A DNA stretch of 64,000 nt from Candidatus Marinacidobacterium sp. (GTDB lineage Bacteria; Acidobacteriota; Vicinamibacteria; Marinacidobacterales; Marinacidobacteraceae), in the NCBI GenBank assembly GCA_965204755.1, contig OZ242011.1, positions 2,496,001-2,560,000 of the forward strand, written 5' to 3'. Numbering within the stretch: position 1 is the first letter of the stretch; each line of letters starts with the position of its first letter. Under the pieces are notes generated by a model. The model was not told the DNA's origin. It made no database searches and saw only the letters and a program-made list of their open reading frames with translations. Shown piece after piece: positions 29,418-38,094 of the stretch. The position numbers were made by a program, and so were the translations under genes.

Positions 29418-29900
29418 ATGACCATGCCCAAGACCCACATGGAGATCATCCACGAGTACCAGCGGACGCTGCCGGTCGCGGTGGACGAGATCGCGAAGGA
29501 ACTCGGGCTGAAGTCGTACCGGGGGATCTGGGACAACGGCGCGTCCGGCCGCATCGCCAAGGACCGGAAGAAGGGCGGGAAGAGCGGGTACGCCCTCATC
29601 GTCAACCGGGACCACTCGCCGGAGCGCCGGCGGTTCACCGTCGCCCACCAGATCGCCCACTTCCTCATGCACCAGAAGGAAATGGGCGACAGCCTCGTCG
29701 ACGACTCGCTCTACCGGAGCAAACTCGGCGGCCGGTACGAAGGCGAGGCGAACGACTTCGCGGCCTGGCTCCTCATGCCCTGGAACATGATCCTGCACGA
29801 GGTGGCCTGCGGCGCGGAGACCGTCGAGAAGTTGGCGAAGATCTTCCAGGTCTCCAACAGTTGCATGGCCGTCCGCCTCGGCTTCCCCTTCGAGGACTGA
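29418..29900 (+). CDS. ImmA/IrrE-family metallopeptidase-like protein, HQxxH variant (copy 2)
   Basis: Same length as copy 1 with about 11 of 160 residues different. Confidence 0.85.
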   Translation: MTMPKTHMEIIHEYQRTLPVAVDEIAKELGLKSYRGIWDNGASGRIAKDRKKGGKSGYALIVNRDHSPERRRFTVAHQIAHFLMHQKEMGDSLVDDSLYRSKLGGRYEGEANDFAAWLLMPWNMILHEVACGAETVEKLAKIFQVSNSCMAVRLGFPFED

Positions 29901-29972
29901 CCCGGTCGGCGCGGGATCGCCCGGCCCCGCGCCGGGCGGGCGGCGTCAGTGGCGGGCGTCAGTGGGCGGGCG

Positions 29973-30632
29973 TCAGTCCGGCTGTTTCACGACCCGGAGG
30001 TAGGGCTTGACGGTCTTCCAGCCCTCGGGGAAGCGCTCGCGGGCCGCTTCGTCCGAGACGGCGGGGACGATGATGCAGTCCTCGCCGGCCTTCCAGTCCG
30101 CCGGGGTGGCGACCTGGTGCTTCGCGGTGAGTTGGAGCGAGTCCACCACGCGAAGCAACTCGTCGAAGTTGCGGCCGGTGGCCATCGGGTAGGTGAGGAT
30201 CAGCCGGATCCGCTTGTCCGGCCCGATGATGAAGACGCAGCGCACGGTCAGGTTGTCCGCCGCCGTCCGCTCCCCGGCGCGCCCGAGCGCGTTCGGATGG
30301 ATCATGTCGTACAACTTGGAGACCCGCAGGTCCTCGTCGCCGATCATCGGGAAGTCGGGGGCGGCGCCCTGCGTCTCCTCGATGTCCTTCGACCAGGCGC
30401 GGTGGTCCTCCACCGAGTCCACGCTCAGCCCGATGAGCCGGACGCCGCGCCGCTCGAACTCCGGCTTCAGCCGGGCGGCGGTCCCGAGTTCGGTGGTGCA
30501 GACCGGGGTGAAGTCCTTGGGGTGGGAGAAGAGGATCGCCCAGGAGTCGCCGAGCCACTCGTGGAAGCGGATCTCCCCGTCGGTGGTGTCCTGGGTGAAG
30601 TCGGGGGCGACATCTCCGATGCGCAGCGCCAT
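29973..30632 (-). CDS. 1-Cys peroxiredoxin (Prx6)
   Basis: FSHPKDFTPVCTTELG, YPMATGRNFDE, ATPADW, KPYLR. Confidence 0.96.
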   Translation of the reverse strand: MALRIGDVAPDFTQDTTDGEIRFHEWLGDSWAILFSHPKDFTPVCTTELGTAARLKPEFERRGVRLIGLSVDSVEDHRAWSKDIEETQGAAPDFPMIGDEDLRVSKLYDMIHPNALGRAGERTAADNLTVRCVFIIGPDKRIRLILTYPMATGRNFDELLRVVDSLQLTAKHQVATPADWKAGEDCIIVPAVSDEAARERFPEGWKTVKPYLRVVKQPD

Positions 30633-30724
30633 GGCGGAACTCCTTGGGTCGGGCCGAATGAGGGGCCCTCGGGGGGCCGGCGTTCCCCGCCGTCCCGGGG
30701 GGACGATCGGGGGCGCCGCCGACT

Positions 30725-31708
30725 CTACCGCGCCGCCCGGCGGCCGGCCTCGCCGGGATCGGGCCGCGCCGCGGCGGACACTCCCGCCGCCATCCCCAAG
30801 TCGAAGAGGCGCTCCGCCCGATCCTCGAAGCGCTCCCGCCAAGCCAACTTCGCCAGCCAGGCCCCGGGGATGCCGCTTCGCCCCCACAGCGCCCCGGCCA
30901 ACTGGCCGGTCACCGCGCCCACCGTGTCGGCGTCGCCGCCGAGGTTGACCGCCTCGACCACCGCCTCCCGGAACGAGCCGGCCCGGGAGACCGCCCACAG
31001 CGCCGCCTCCAGCGTGTGGATCACATAGCCGCTGGAGGAGATCCCGTCCCGCGTCTTCTCCCGGAACGAGCCGGCGGCGATTTCGGCCACCCCGCCCCCG
31101 GCCCGGCCCTCCCGGGGGCGCAGCACGGTGTCCGCCGGGGCGCCGGCGATCGCCTCCACCAGCAATTCGACGAAGTACGCGCACGCTTCCACCGCCTCCT
31201 CCGCGCCGTGCGTGGTCCGGCTCTGGAGCCGGGCGGCGGCCTGCGCCGCCGGGAGGTCGCTCCACCAGCGGACTGCCACCGGGGAGAGCCGCATCAGCGA
31301 CCCGTTCCCCGCCGAGCGCGGATCCGCGCTCCCGGCCAGCGGCGCCCCGGTCCGCTCGAACCGGGCGAGCGCCGCCGCCGTCGTCCCCCCGATGTCGAAG
31401 CAGTGTCCGGTGGCCGAGTTCTCGCCGTCCTTCCACCAGCGGACGAATCTCCTCATCAGGTCCCCGGGGTCGAGGCCCCGCTCCGCGCCGCCCTCGACCA
31501 GGGAGTCCGCGAGGCAGAGCGCCATGCTCGTATCGTCGGTCCACTCTCCCGCCGCCAGCCCGAACGGCCCACCGCCGACGAGGTCGGTGACCCGCGGAAC
31601 GCTGTCCCGCGCCGCGAATTCGAGGGTCGTTCCCAGCGCGTCCCCGACCGCCAGCCCGAGCAGGGCGCCGACGGCCCGATCCTTCGCCGCCGCTTCCTCC
31701 GGTCGCAT
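30725..31708 (-). CDS. ADP-ribosylglycohydrolase (DraG/ARH family)
   Basis: GLAVGDALG, WTDDTSMALC, CFDIGGT, GNGSLMR, VNLGGDADT. Confidence 0.94.
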   Translation of the reverse strand: MRPEEAAAKDRAVGALLGLAVGDALGTTLEFAARDSVPRVTDLVGGGPFGLAAGEWTDDTSMALCLADSLVEGGAERGLDPGDLMRRFVRWWKDGENSATGHCFDIGGTTAAALARFERTGAPLAGSADPRSAGNGSLMRLSPVAVRWWSDLPAAQAAARLQSRTTHGAEEAVEACAYFVELLVEAIAGAPADTVLRPREGRAGGGVAEIAAGSFREKTRDGISSSGYVIHTLEAALWAVSRAGSFREAVVEAVNLGGDADTVGAVTGQLAGALWGRSGIPGAWLAKLAWRERFEDRAERLFDLGMAAGVSAAARPDPGEAGRRAAR

Positions 31709-32041
31709 CGCCGCCGCGGATTCTCCCACCGGGGCAGGTGAGGGGCCCGGCCGGGCCCGGACGGCCCCGGCGGATGCCGCCGCCCGCCGCCCGCCGCCCG
31801 CCGCCCCGCCGGCGGCGCTTCCCGCTTTCGGCGGCGCTCTCCGCCGCCGGCGGGGCTCCGCACATGCGGCGGCGCTCCGCGCTTCCGGCCGGCGCTTCCC
31901 GCGTTCGGCGGGGCTCCCCGCCACCGCCGGCGCTCCTGACATCATTTCCGCGCGCCGCCCCGCCGGAACCGCGCCCCGGGCGGCCCGCCCGGCCGCCCGG
32001 CGCCTCCTGCGGCGCCCCGCCCGCCAGCCCACCAACTCCCG

Positions 32042-33421
32042 ATGACCCGCGACCGCGCCGCGTCCGGCCGCTACCGGCGGGTGCGGGCGCTCTGGCCCGA
32101 CCACCTCGGTCTCGCCCGCGGGAAGATCCTCGACGCCGGCGTCCTCGACAGCGCCGAACCGGCCACCGGGCACGCCCTCGCCCTGTTCTCGCTCGGCCTC
32201 CACCGGGAGATGACCCCCTACGAAGGCTCCGGAGTCCTCGAAGGGCTGCCGGACATGCGCGCCGTCTTCGACCCGGCCGCTGTCCGCCCCGGCTGGCCCC
32301 CGGCGCGAGACACCGGAGTCGTCGTCGCCGACCTCGAATCCGGCGGCGCGCCGCTCGCCCGCTCGCCGCGCCAGGTCCTCAAGAACGCCGTCGCCCGCTT
32401 CACCGCCGACGACCTGCGCCCGGTGGTCGGGATCGAACTCGAGGCGTTCCTCCTCCGCCCGGTCCCCGCCCCGGACGAACCGGCGGCCCCGCCGGGCCCC
32501 GCCTACCTCCCGCTCTCCACTCCCGGCCACCAGGTGTACGGCGCCGGCCCGCTGGCCGACCCCGCCGGGGTGCTCGACCGGGTGCTGGAGGCCGCGGACG
32601 CCGCCGGGATCGTCGTCGAGTCGTTCCACGGCGAGTACGACAACGGCCAGTTCGAATTGACGCTCCGGAAGAAGGACGCGCTCGCCGCCGCCGACGAGGC
32701 CTTCCTCCTCCGCCTGCTGGCGCGGGAAGTGGCCGCCTCCGCCGGCTTCCACCTGACCTTCCTGGGCAAGCCCTTCACCGACCGGGGCGGTTCCGGCCTC
32801 CATGTGAACCTCAGTCTGGAAGCCCCGGAGGCCTCCGGCGCCGGGCCCGGGCCGCTCCCGGCGCGCCGGAACCGGTTCGACGACCCGCAGGGGCCGGGCG
32901 GGCTGTCGGAGACGGCCTGGCTCGCCGTCGCCGGGCTCCTCCGCCACCACCGGGCGCTGGCCGCCGTCCTCGCGCCCACGGTGAACGCCTACCGCCGGCT
33001 CCGCCCGGCCCAGATGAGCGGCTACTACGCGAACTGGGGCCACGACCACCGGGGCTGCGCCGTCCGCATCCCCCCGGAGCGCGGCGCCGGGGCCCGGCTG
33101 GAACACCGGCTCGCCGACGGCGCCTGCGGCCCCCACATCGCGGTCGCCGCGGTCCTGGCCGCCGCCCGGCTGGGGATCGAGCGCGGCGAGGCGCCGCCCT
33201 CCGAGGAAACGGCCGACTGTCTGGCCACTCTTTCCCGGGCCGAGCCGGCGGCGGAAGACCTGGGCGCGGCGCTGCGGGACCTCGAAGCCGACCGGGAACT
33301 GTCCGCCGCGCTCGGCGAGGACTTCGTCCGGATGCACTGCGCGGTGAAGCGGGACGAGTGGGCGCGCTACCGGGCGCACACCTCGGACTGGGAACTCCGC
33401 GAGTACCTGCCGAACTTGTGA
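32042..33421 (+). CDS. Glutamine synthetase-like gamma-glutamyl ligase (PuuA/GlnA-like)
   Basis: GIELEAFL, EYDNGQFE, KPF...GSGLHVNLS, PTVNAYRRL, RLEHRLADG. Confidence 0.9.
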   Translation: MTRDRAASGRYRRVRALWPDHLGLARGKILDAGVLDSAEPATGHALALFSLGLHREMTPYEGSGVLEGLPDMRAVFDPAAVRPGWPPARDTGVVVADLESGGAPLARSPRQVLKNAVARFTADDLRPVVGIELEAFLLRPVPAPDEPAAPPGPAYLPLSTPGHQVYGAGPLADPAGVLDRVLEAADAAGIVVESFHGEYDNGQFELTLRKKDALAAADEAFLLRLLAREVAASAGFHLTFLGKPFTDRGGSGLHVNLSLEAPEASGAGPGPLPARRNRFDDPQGPGGLSETAWLAVAGLLRHHRALAAVLAPTVNAYRRLRPAQMSGYYANWGHDHRGCAVRIPPERGAGARLEHRLADGACGPHIAVAAVLAAARLGIERGEAPPSEETADCLATLSRAEPAAEDLGAALRDLEADRELSAALGEDFVRMHCAVKRDEWARYRAHTSDWELREYLPNL

Positions 33422-33716
33422 CCTCCGCCCCGCCTTCCCGTCGAACGCCAGCCCGTCGAACCCCGGCGCGACTCGCCCTCCTCGAACCCCGCGCCGCGCC
33501 CGCGCCGGCCTCCCGCTCCTCCGCCGGTTCCCCCGGCACCGGGCGGCCCCTCCCGGCGGCGGGACTCCGGGCGCGGCCCGGCAGGCCCGGCCGGCCCGGC
33601 AGCCCCAGGACGCCGCAGGGCGCGCGACCGGCCCGCCGGCCCGCCGCCCGCCGGGAAGTCCCGGAGGGGGCCTCGAAGTGCAATAATCGAACGCATGGCC
33701 TCGGCGGCGCCGTTCG

Positions 33717-33743
33717 CCCCCCCCCCCCCCCCCCCCCCCCCCC
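33717..33743. repeat. C27 homopolymer (G27 on the minus strand)
   Basis: 27 consecutive C counted directly. Confidence 0.85.
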
Positions 33744-33934
33744 ATCCGGTTGCAGGCGCCGAGGCGCCGGGCGGATGCGGGCGTTTGGGGACTTTCGCCC
33801 GATTCCCTTATACTCCGACCGAATCCATGTCGCAGATTCGACGCGCCCTCGGCGCCCCTCGAACTCCGCGGGCGCCCGCCGTAAACCGGCGCCGGCGCCG
33901 TTTCTCGCTCTCCACCGAACGGGAGATTGGTGAA

Positions 33935-36676
33935 ATGATGCATCTCCAGAGGTGGTCGGCCCCCTTTCGCGGGTCGGCTGTCTTTCTCGCCCTGCTGTTG
34001 GGTGCGGTCGTGTTGTCGGGCTGCAGCGACGACACTTCCAGCACCACGCCGGCCCCGGCGCCCGCGCCGGCGCCCGCGCCGGCCCCGGACCCGACGCTCG
34101 ACGCGCCGGGCGGGTTGCGCGTCTCGGCCACCGGCTCGGACTTCATCGAGTTCAGTTGGAACGCCGTGGAAGGCGCGAGCAACTACGAGATCCAGTTGAG
34201 CCTGACGGCCGGCGATTTCGGCTCCGTAACCACCGCCACCGTCTCCGGGACGATGCACCGGTTCGCCGTGGATGCGTCCACGACCGCCCACGCCCGGGTC
34301 CGGGCGATGGCGTCCGGCGTCCGGAGCGACTGGAGCGACACCGTGTCCGGCACGACGATGGCCGCGCCGCTGATGCTCGCCGCGCCCATGCCCGAAGTCT
34401 CCGGGACCGGGCCGGACCACATCGAGTGGAGTTGGGACGCGGTCGAGAACGCGCTCGCCTACGAGGTCCAGGTCGCCGCGACCGAGGCCGGCCTTTCCTC
34501 CGCCGAGATGACGCGGGTCGCCCGAACCACGCACCGGGTCACCGCCGACCCGCTGCAGACCATGTACATCCGGGTGCGGGCCGCCGCCGGCACGACCTCC
34601 TCTCCTGTCGTGAGCGACTGGAGCGACGCCGTCGCCGGGCAGAGTCTGGCTGCGCCGGGCGTCTTCACGGTTCGGATGAATCCGCCGGCCGCCGCCTCGG
34701 ACTCGGACTGCAGCGGCCAGGCCTTCTGCCCGGACGAGGGTTCCGACCCGAAGACCGCCCAGGCGGCGGTGAACACCCGGATGGTGGTGACCTCTTCCCG
34801 GCCGGCGCGCATCACGCCGATGTTCCTGACCGGAACGCCGGGGGCGGGGATCGCCGCCGGCAACAGCACCCCGTTCACCTACTTGGTCTGGTCGGCGCTC
34901 CAGGCCGACATCGCCAGGGACGGCGTGACCTTTCGTTTCGACCGGGTGACCACGGGCGCCGGACAGGAGCCGACGCCTACCGGTGAAACGATGTTCATCA
35001 CCTGCGGGCCGTTCCGGTGTTCGGACGCGGCCGAAGAGACGCCGCCGGCGCCGCAGATCTCCATCGAGGACTCGGCCGCATGCAGCGGGTTCGAGGCGGA
35101 CTTCCAGGCGGATGTGGGAGCGGTGCGGAACACCGCCCTGAACCTGCCGATGGGTGTGGATCTGGGCTGGAATTACACGACGACCGGTTCGGCGAAAGTG
35201 ACCCATGTGTTCGCCGGCGCCGGGAACCTGAAGGTGGACGGCGGAACCGTGAGCCGCACCTCGGCGCGCCGGGCGCTGCCGGTGCAGCGGACCGCGACGA
35301 GCGGCCCCGCCTTCGGCGGCAGTCTGGATGAGGACTGGGACAGCGTCGGCGCCGGAAACTTCGGCGTCGAGAATCTCACGGTGACCACCGGCGGTCCGGT
35401 CCGTAACGGCGAGGACGACTGCTTCTTCGCCACCGCCGCGGCTCTGGGCGAGCACGACGCCGTCGGCTGGAGGGCGGATGCCTATGTGACGGACTGGGGC
35501 AGTTACGCGACTTTCGGCGACCCGCGAACCAGTTCCGCCCTGCGCCGTCCCGAGTCCTGCATGCGGGTCATCGCCGACGACACTTCGGTTTGTGACAGCG
35601 CCTCCGGCAGCGGCTGCGAGGGCGCCACCCGCGGGAACTACCTCGCTGGGTATTCGCTCGAGATCCAGCCGGAGGCCAGCGTAACCTGGGCCGGCAGCCG
35701 CGTGAAATGGCCCAGCGGTCAGGATCCGTTCGAGGACTTCGACTGCGCCGGCGTGACCGTCGAGGCTTCCGACCAGGTGGATATCTGCGAGTTGTTCGAA
35801 GAGGAAGTGGACCGCTATTGGGGCCGGGGCCGCATCGCCGATCTCGGCCGCGCCGCGGATTGGGGCGAGGGAAGTTCCGAGTTCCGCGTGCGAGCGATCC
35901 TGCTGGAGGATTACGGCGCATACAGGAACTTGGTGGCGCTCCAGGTGGCGCGGAACCTGCCGCCGGTCGCTGCGAACGAGCGCCCGTCGCCGCCCACCGA
36001 TTCCCAGTACCTGTACCGCCCCGCCGGCAGCCGCTTCCTCAGCCTGTGGCTCTCGGAGCCGGGTCGGCCGCCCCAGCGGAAGGCGGGGGATCCCGCCAGT
36101 TTTGCGCGCCCTGCCGGCATCGATGACACCCAACAGGATCGTGACATCTATTACCCGGGGAAACTTCACGCCTACCAGCAGTGGCTGACCGTGGAGCCCT
36201 TCGGGTTCTTCGACCGCTCGAGCGGCAACCGGGCGACTGCCCGGTACGACATCGGTCGGCACGGGGACCACCTCCTGACCGAGGGTCCGGTCGCGCAGCG
36301 CGGGCTCGTCACCTTGGCTGTCCTGAACGCGGACGGCAACCCGATCCACGGCGACTTCGGCAAAGTGGACCTCAACGGGGACGGCGAGGCCGACAACTCG
36401 CACCGGGCGGCCTACCGCGAGTGCTCCGGCAGCGATGGCGGCGTCGCCGGTTCGGGGGGCGCGGGCGGCAGCCTCTGCGACGCGGAGGATGTCGAGTTGG
36501 AGGGCGAGGTCACCTTCGTAATGAACAAGGACTCGCAGACCTGTCCGGTCACTCGCGAGGTCGCCCTCACTTGCAACTGGGACGCCGATGGTGACCGACG
36601 GCGCTACATGCGGGAAGTCGCGGAACTCGACCATCCGGACGAAGTTCGCTACTTCCTGTCCTGCGAGGCGAGTTGA
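33935..36676 (+). CDS. Lipoprotein with 2 fibronectin type III domains and a Cys-rich C-terminal region (paralog 1)
   Basis: Lipobox LSGC, (PA)n linker, FN3 motifs IEFSWNAVEGASNYEIQ...SDWS twice. Confidence 0.87.
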   Translation: MMHLQRWSAPFRGSAVFLALLLGAVVLSGCSDDTSSTTPAPAPAPAPAPAPDPTLDAPGGLRVSATGSDFIEFSWNAVEGASNYEIQLSLTAGDFGSVTTATVSGTMHRFAVDASTTAHARVRAMASGVRSDWSDTVSGTTMAAPLMLAAPMPEVSGTGPDHIEWSWDAVENALAYEVQVAATEAGLSSAEMTRVARTTHRVTADPLQTMYIRVRAAAGTTSSPVVSDWSDAVAGQSLAAPGVFTVRMNPPAAASDSDCSGQAFCPDEGSDPKTAQAAVNTRMVVTSSRPARITPMFLTGTPGAGIAAGNSTPFTYLVWSALQADIARDGVTFRFDRVTTGAGQEPTPTGETMFITCGPFRCSDAAEETPPAPQISIEDSAACSGFEADFQADVGAVRNTALNLPMGVDLGWNYTTTGSAKVTHVFAGAGNLKVDGGTVSRTSARRALPVQRTATSGPAFGGSLDEDWDSVGAGNFGVENLTVTTGGPVRNGEDDCFFATAAALGEHDAVGWRADAYVTDWGSYATFGDPRTSSALRRPESCMRVIADDTSVCDSASGSGCEGATRGNYLAGYSLEIQPEASVTWAGSRVKWPSGQDPFEDFDCAGVTVEASDQVDICELFEEEVDRYWGRGRIADLGRAADWGEGSSEFRVRAILLEDYGAYRNLVALQVARNLPPVAANERPSPPTDSQYLYRPAGSRFLSLWLSEPGRPPQRKAGDPASFARPAGIDDTQQDRDIYYPGKLHAYQQWLTVEPFGFFDRSSGNRATARYDIGRHGDHLLTEGPVAQRGLVTLAVLNADGNPIHGDFGKVDLNGDGEADNSHRAAYRECSGSDGGVAGSGGAGGSLCDAEDVELEGEVTFVMNKDSQTCPVTREVALTCNWDADGDRRRYMREVAELDHPDEVRYFLSCEAS

Positions 36677-36740
36677 GGTCGGCGCCTTGCCTTTCCTCCC
36701 GTAACGCGGGTTAGTCGGCGCCGGCGGGCGTCGGCGGCGC

Positions 36741-36772
36741 AGCCCCGGGACCGAGGGGTCCCGGGGCTTTTT
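36741..36772 (+). terminator. Rho-independent terminator
   Basis: AGCCCCGGGACC-GAGG-GGTCCCGGGGCT followed by TTTT. Confidence 0.85.
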
Positions 36773-37932
36773 GCGCGTACGCCGGGCTGGCTCGGCCACC
36801 TCAGAGGTTTCAGGCGCCGGAGGGCGGGCGACCGCGTGGCGTCCCGGCTCGCGCCGGCAGCCTCCCCCGCGAAATTCCTCACCGGCGCCGCCCGGCGGTC
36901 GCGAGCCCACCGACCTCGCGCGTCCGGCGGCAACGGTGGATTCGATCCTCGACAGCCCGTGGAGAAGTCCCGGGAGAGCGCCCGTCAACGCAGAGCGCCG
37001 TACGGAGTCGCTTCCGACCTCGGCCGGCCGCCGGCCTCGAGCCATGACCGACCGACGCGCGCGCCCCGGTCCCGGCCGTCGGTTCAGCGGGCCGGGCAGG
37101 TCCGAGAGGGCGCCGAAGCGGACCCCTCCGTTCCCTCCCCGTCGGCGCCGCGCGGCGCCCGATGCCCTTTCGGCCGGTCCGCCGACGCGCGGTAGCGCCG
37201 AGCCCGGGACGGCCTCGGAAGGTGCGGTGGGAGGAGCCCGAGCGGACGAAGCGGGAATGCCGAGGTCGAGCCCGCGGCGGGCTCCGCTCCGCCCCGGGGA
37301 TGGAGTGACCGTCTGCCGAGGTGGTCCGACCGGCGCGGGCTTCGCTCGGCCCGGTCGCCCGTCCGTAGCGGCCTGGCCGGGAGGCCGGCGCCGAGGCGCG
37401 TCTCTCCCGCTTCTCGTCCCCGCACGCCCGGAGGTTCTCGTCCGGTGGCCACCAGCCCGGCACCCCGGAGGGCCGGCCCCGCAACCGCGGTTTCCGGATT
37501 CTCTGCCCGCCGCGTTACCCGGCGGGGCGAAGATAGGGACCGGGGTCTTCGGTTCCGCGCTCTGCTCGGGAGGCCGAGAGGGAGCCGATCCCCGCTCCGG
37601 GGAGGGGCCCCGCTGCGGCTTGCCTGATCCGGTTCGCCGCGCTGGCCGATCCCCGCTCCGGGGGAGGGCCCTCCGCCGCGGCCCTCGCCTCCTGAGCCCA
37701 ACGGCCCCCGTCCGGCGCGCGGCTTCGGCCTCCGGCCGCTCGGCGCCGCCCCCGGCGGCCTTCCCCGCCGACAGGAACCCGGTTGCCCGGCTGCCATCGG
37801 TTCGTCGGCCGGCCCCGGCCCCCACCTTCCGGGCGGCCGACCGCTGACGGCGTCTCGGTTGACTTCGGATTCCCGCGTGTGATTCACTTCGCAGCCTTGT
37901 GCGCGCTGCGCGGGTTGCGCGGGCGGGAAGGC

Positions 37933-38026
37933 TTGCCCGGTGTCTCCGGTTCTGCCTATACTCCGCCCCCGCCGGCCCCGCGCAGGGCTGCGCCGGGTTG
38001 ACACTTGCCGGAAACCGGTAGAAAAT
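37933..38026 (+). promoter_or_regulatory. Candidate tandem sigma70 promoters of FN3 paralog 2
   Basis: TTGCCC-18 nt-TATACT (37933-37962) and TTGACA-17 nt-GAAAAT (37998-38026); TATACTCCG also occurs before paralog 1 at 33809. Confidence 0.45.
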
Positions 38027-38094
38027 CCCGCAGACGGCGCCCGCCGAAGACGGCCGGGGCTCCGTTCTTCACCGTCCTACAGGAGGTAGGCGAC

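Noticed and set aside
31810-31935. Imperfect direct repeat of about 40 bp between ARH and the GS-like gene
   Set aside because: Very GC-rich and degenerate; consistent with general slippage and no functional signal.
30725-37825. 2366-aa minus-strand ORF
   Set aside because: Only the last 328 codons are a real gene (ARH). The rest is the antisense shadow of the GS-like and FN3 genes, open because stops are rare at this GC content.
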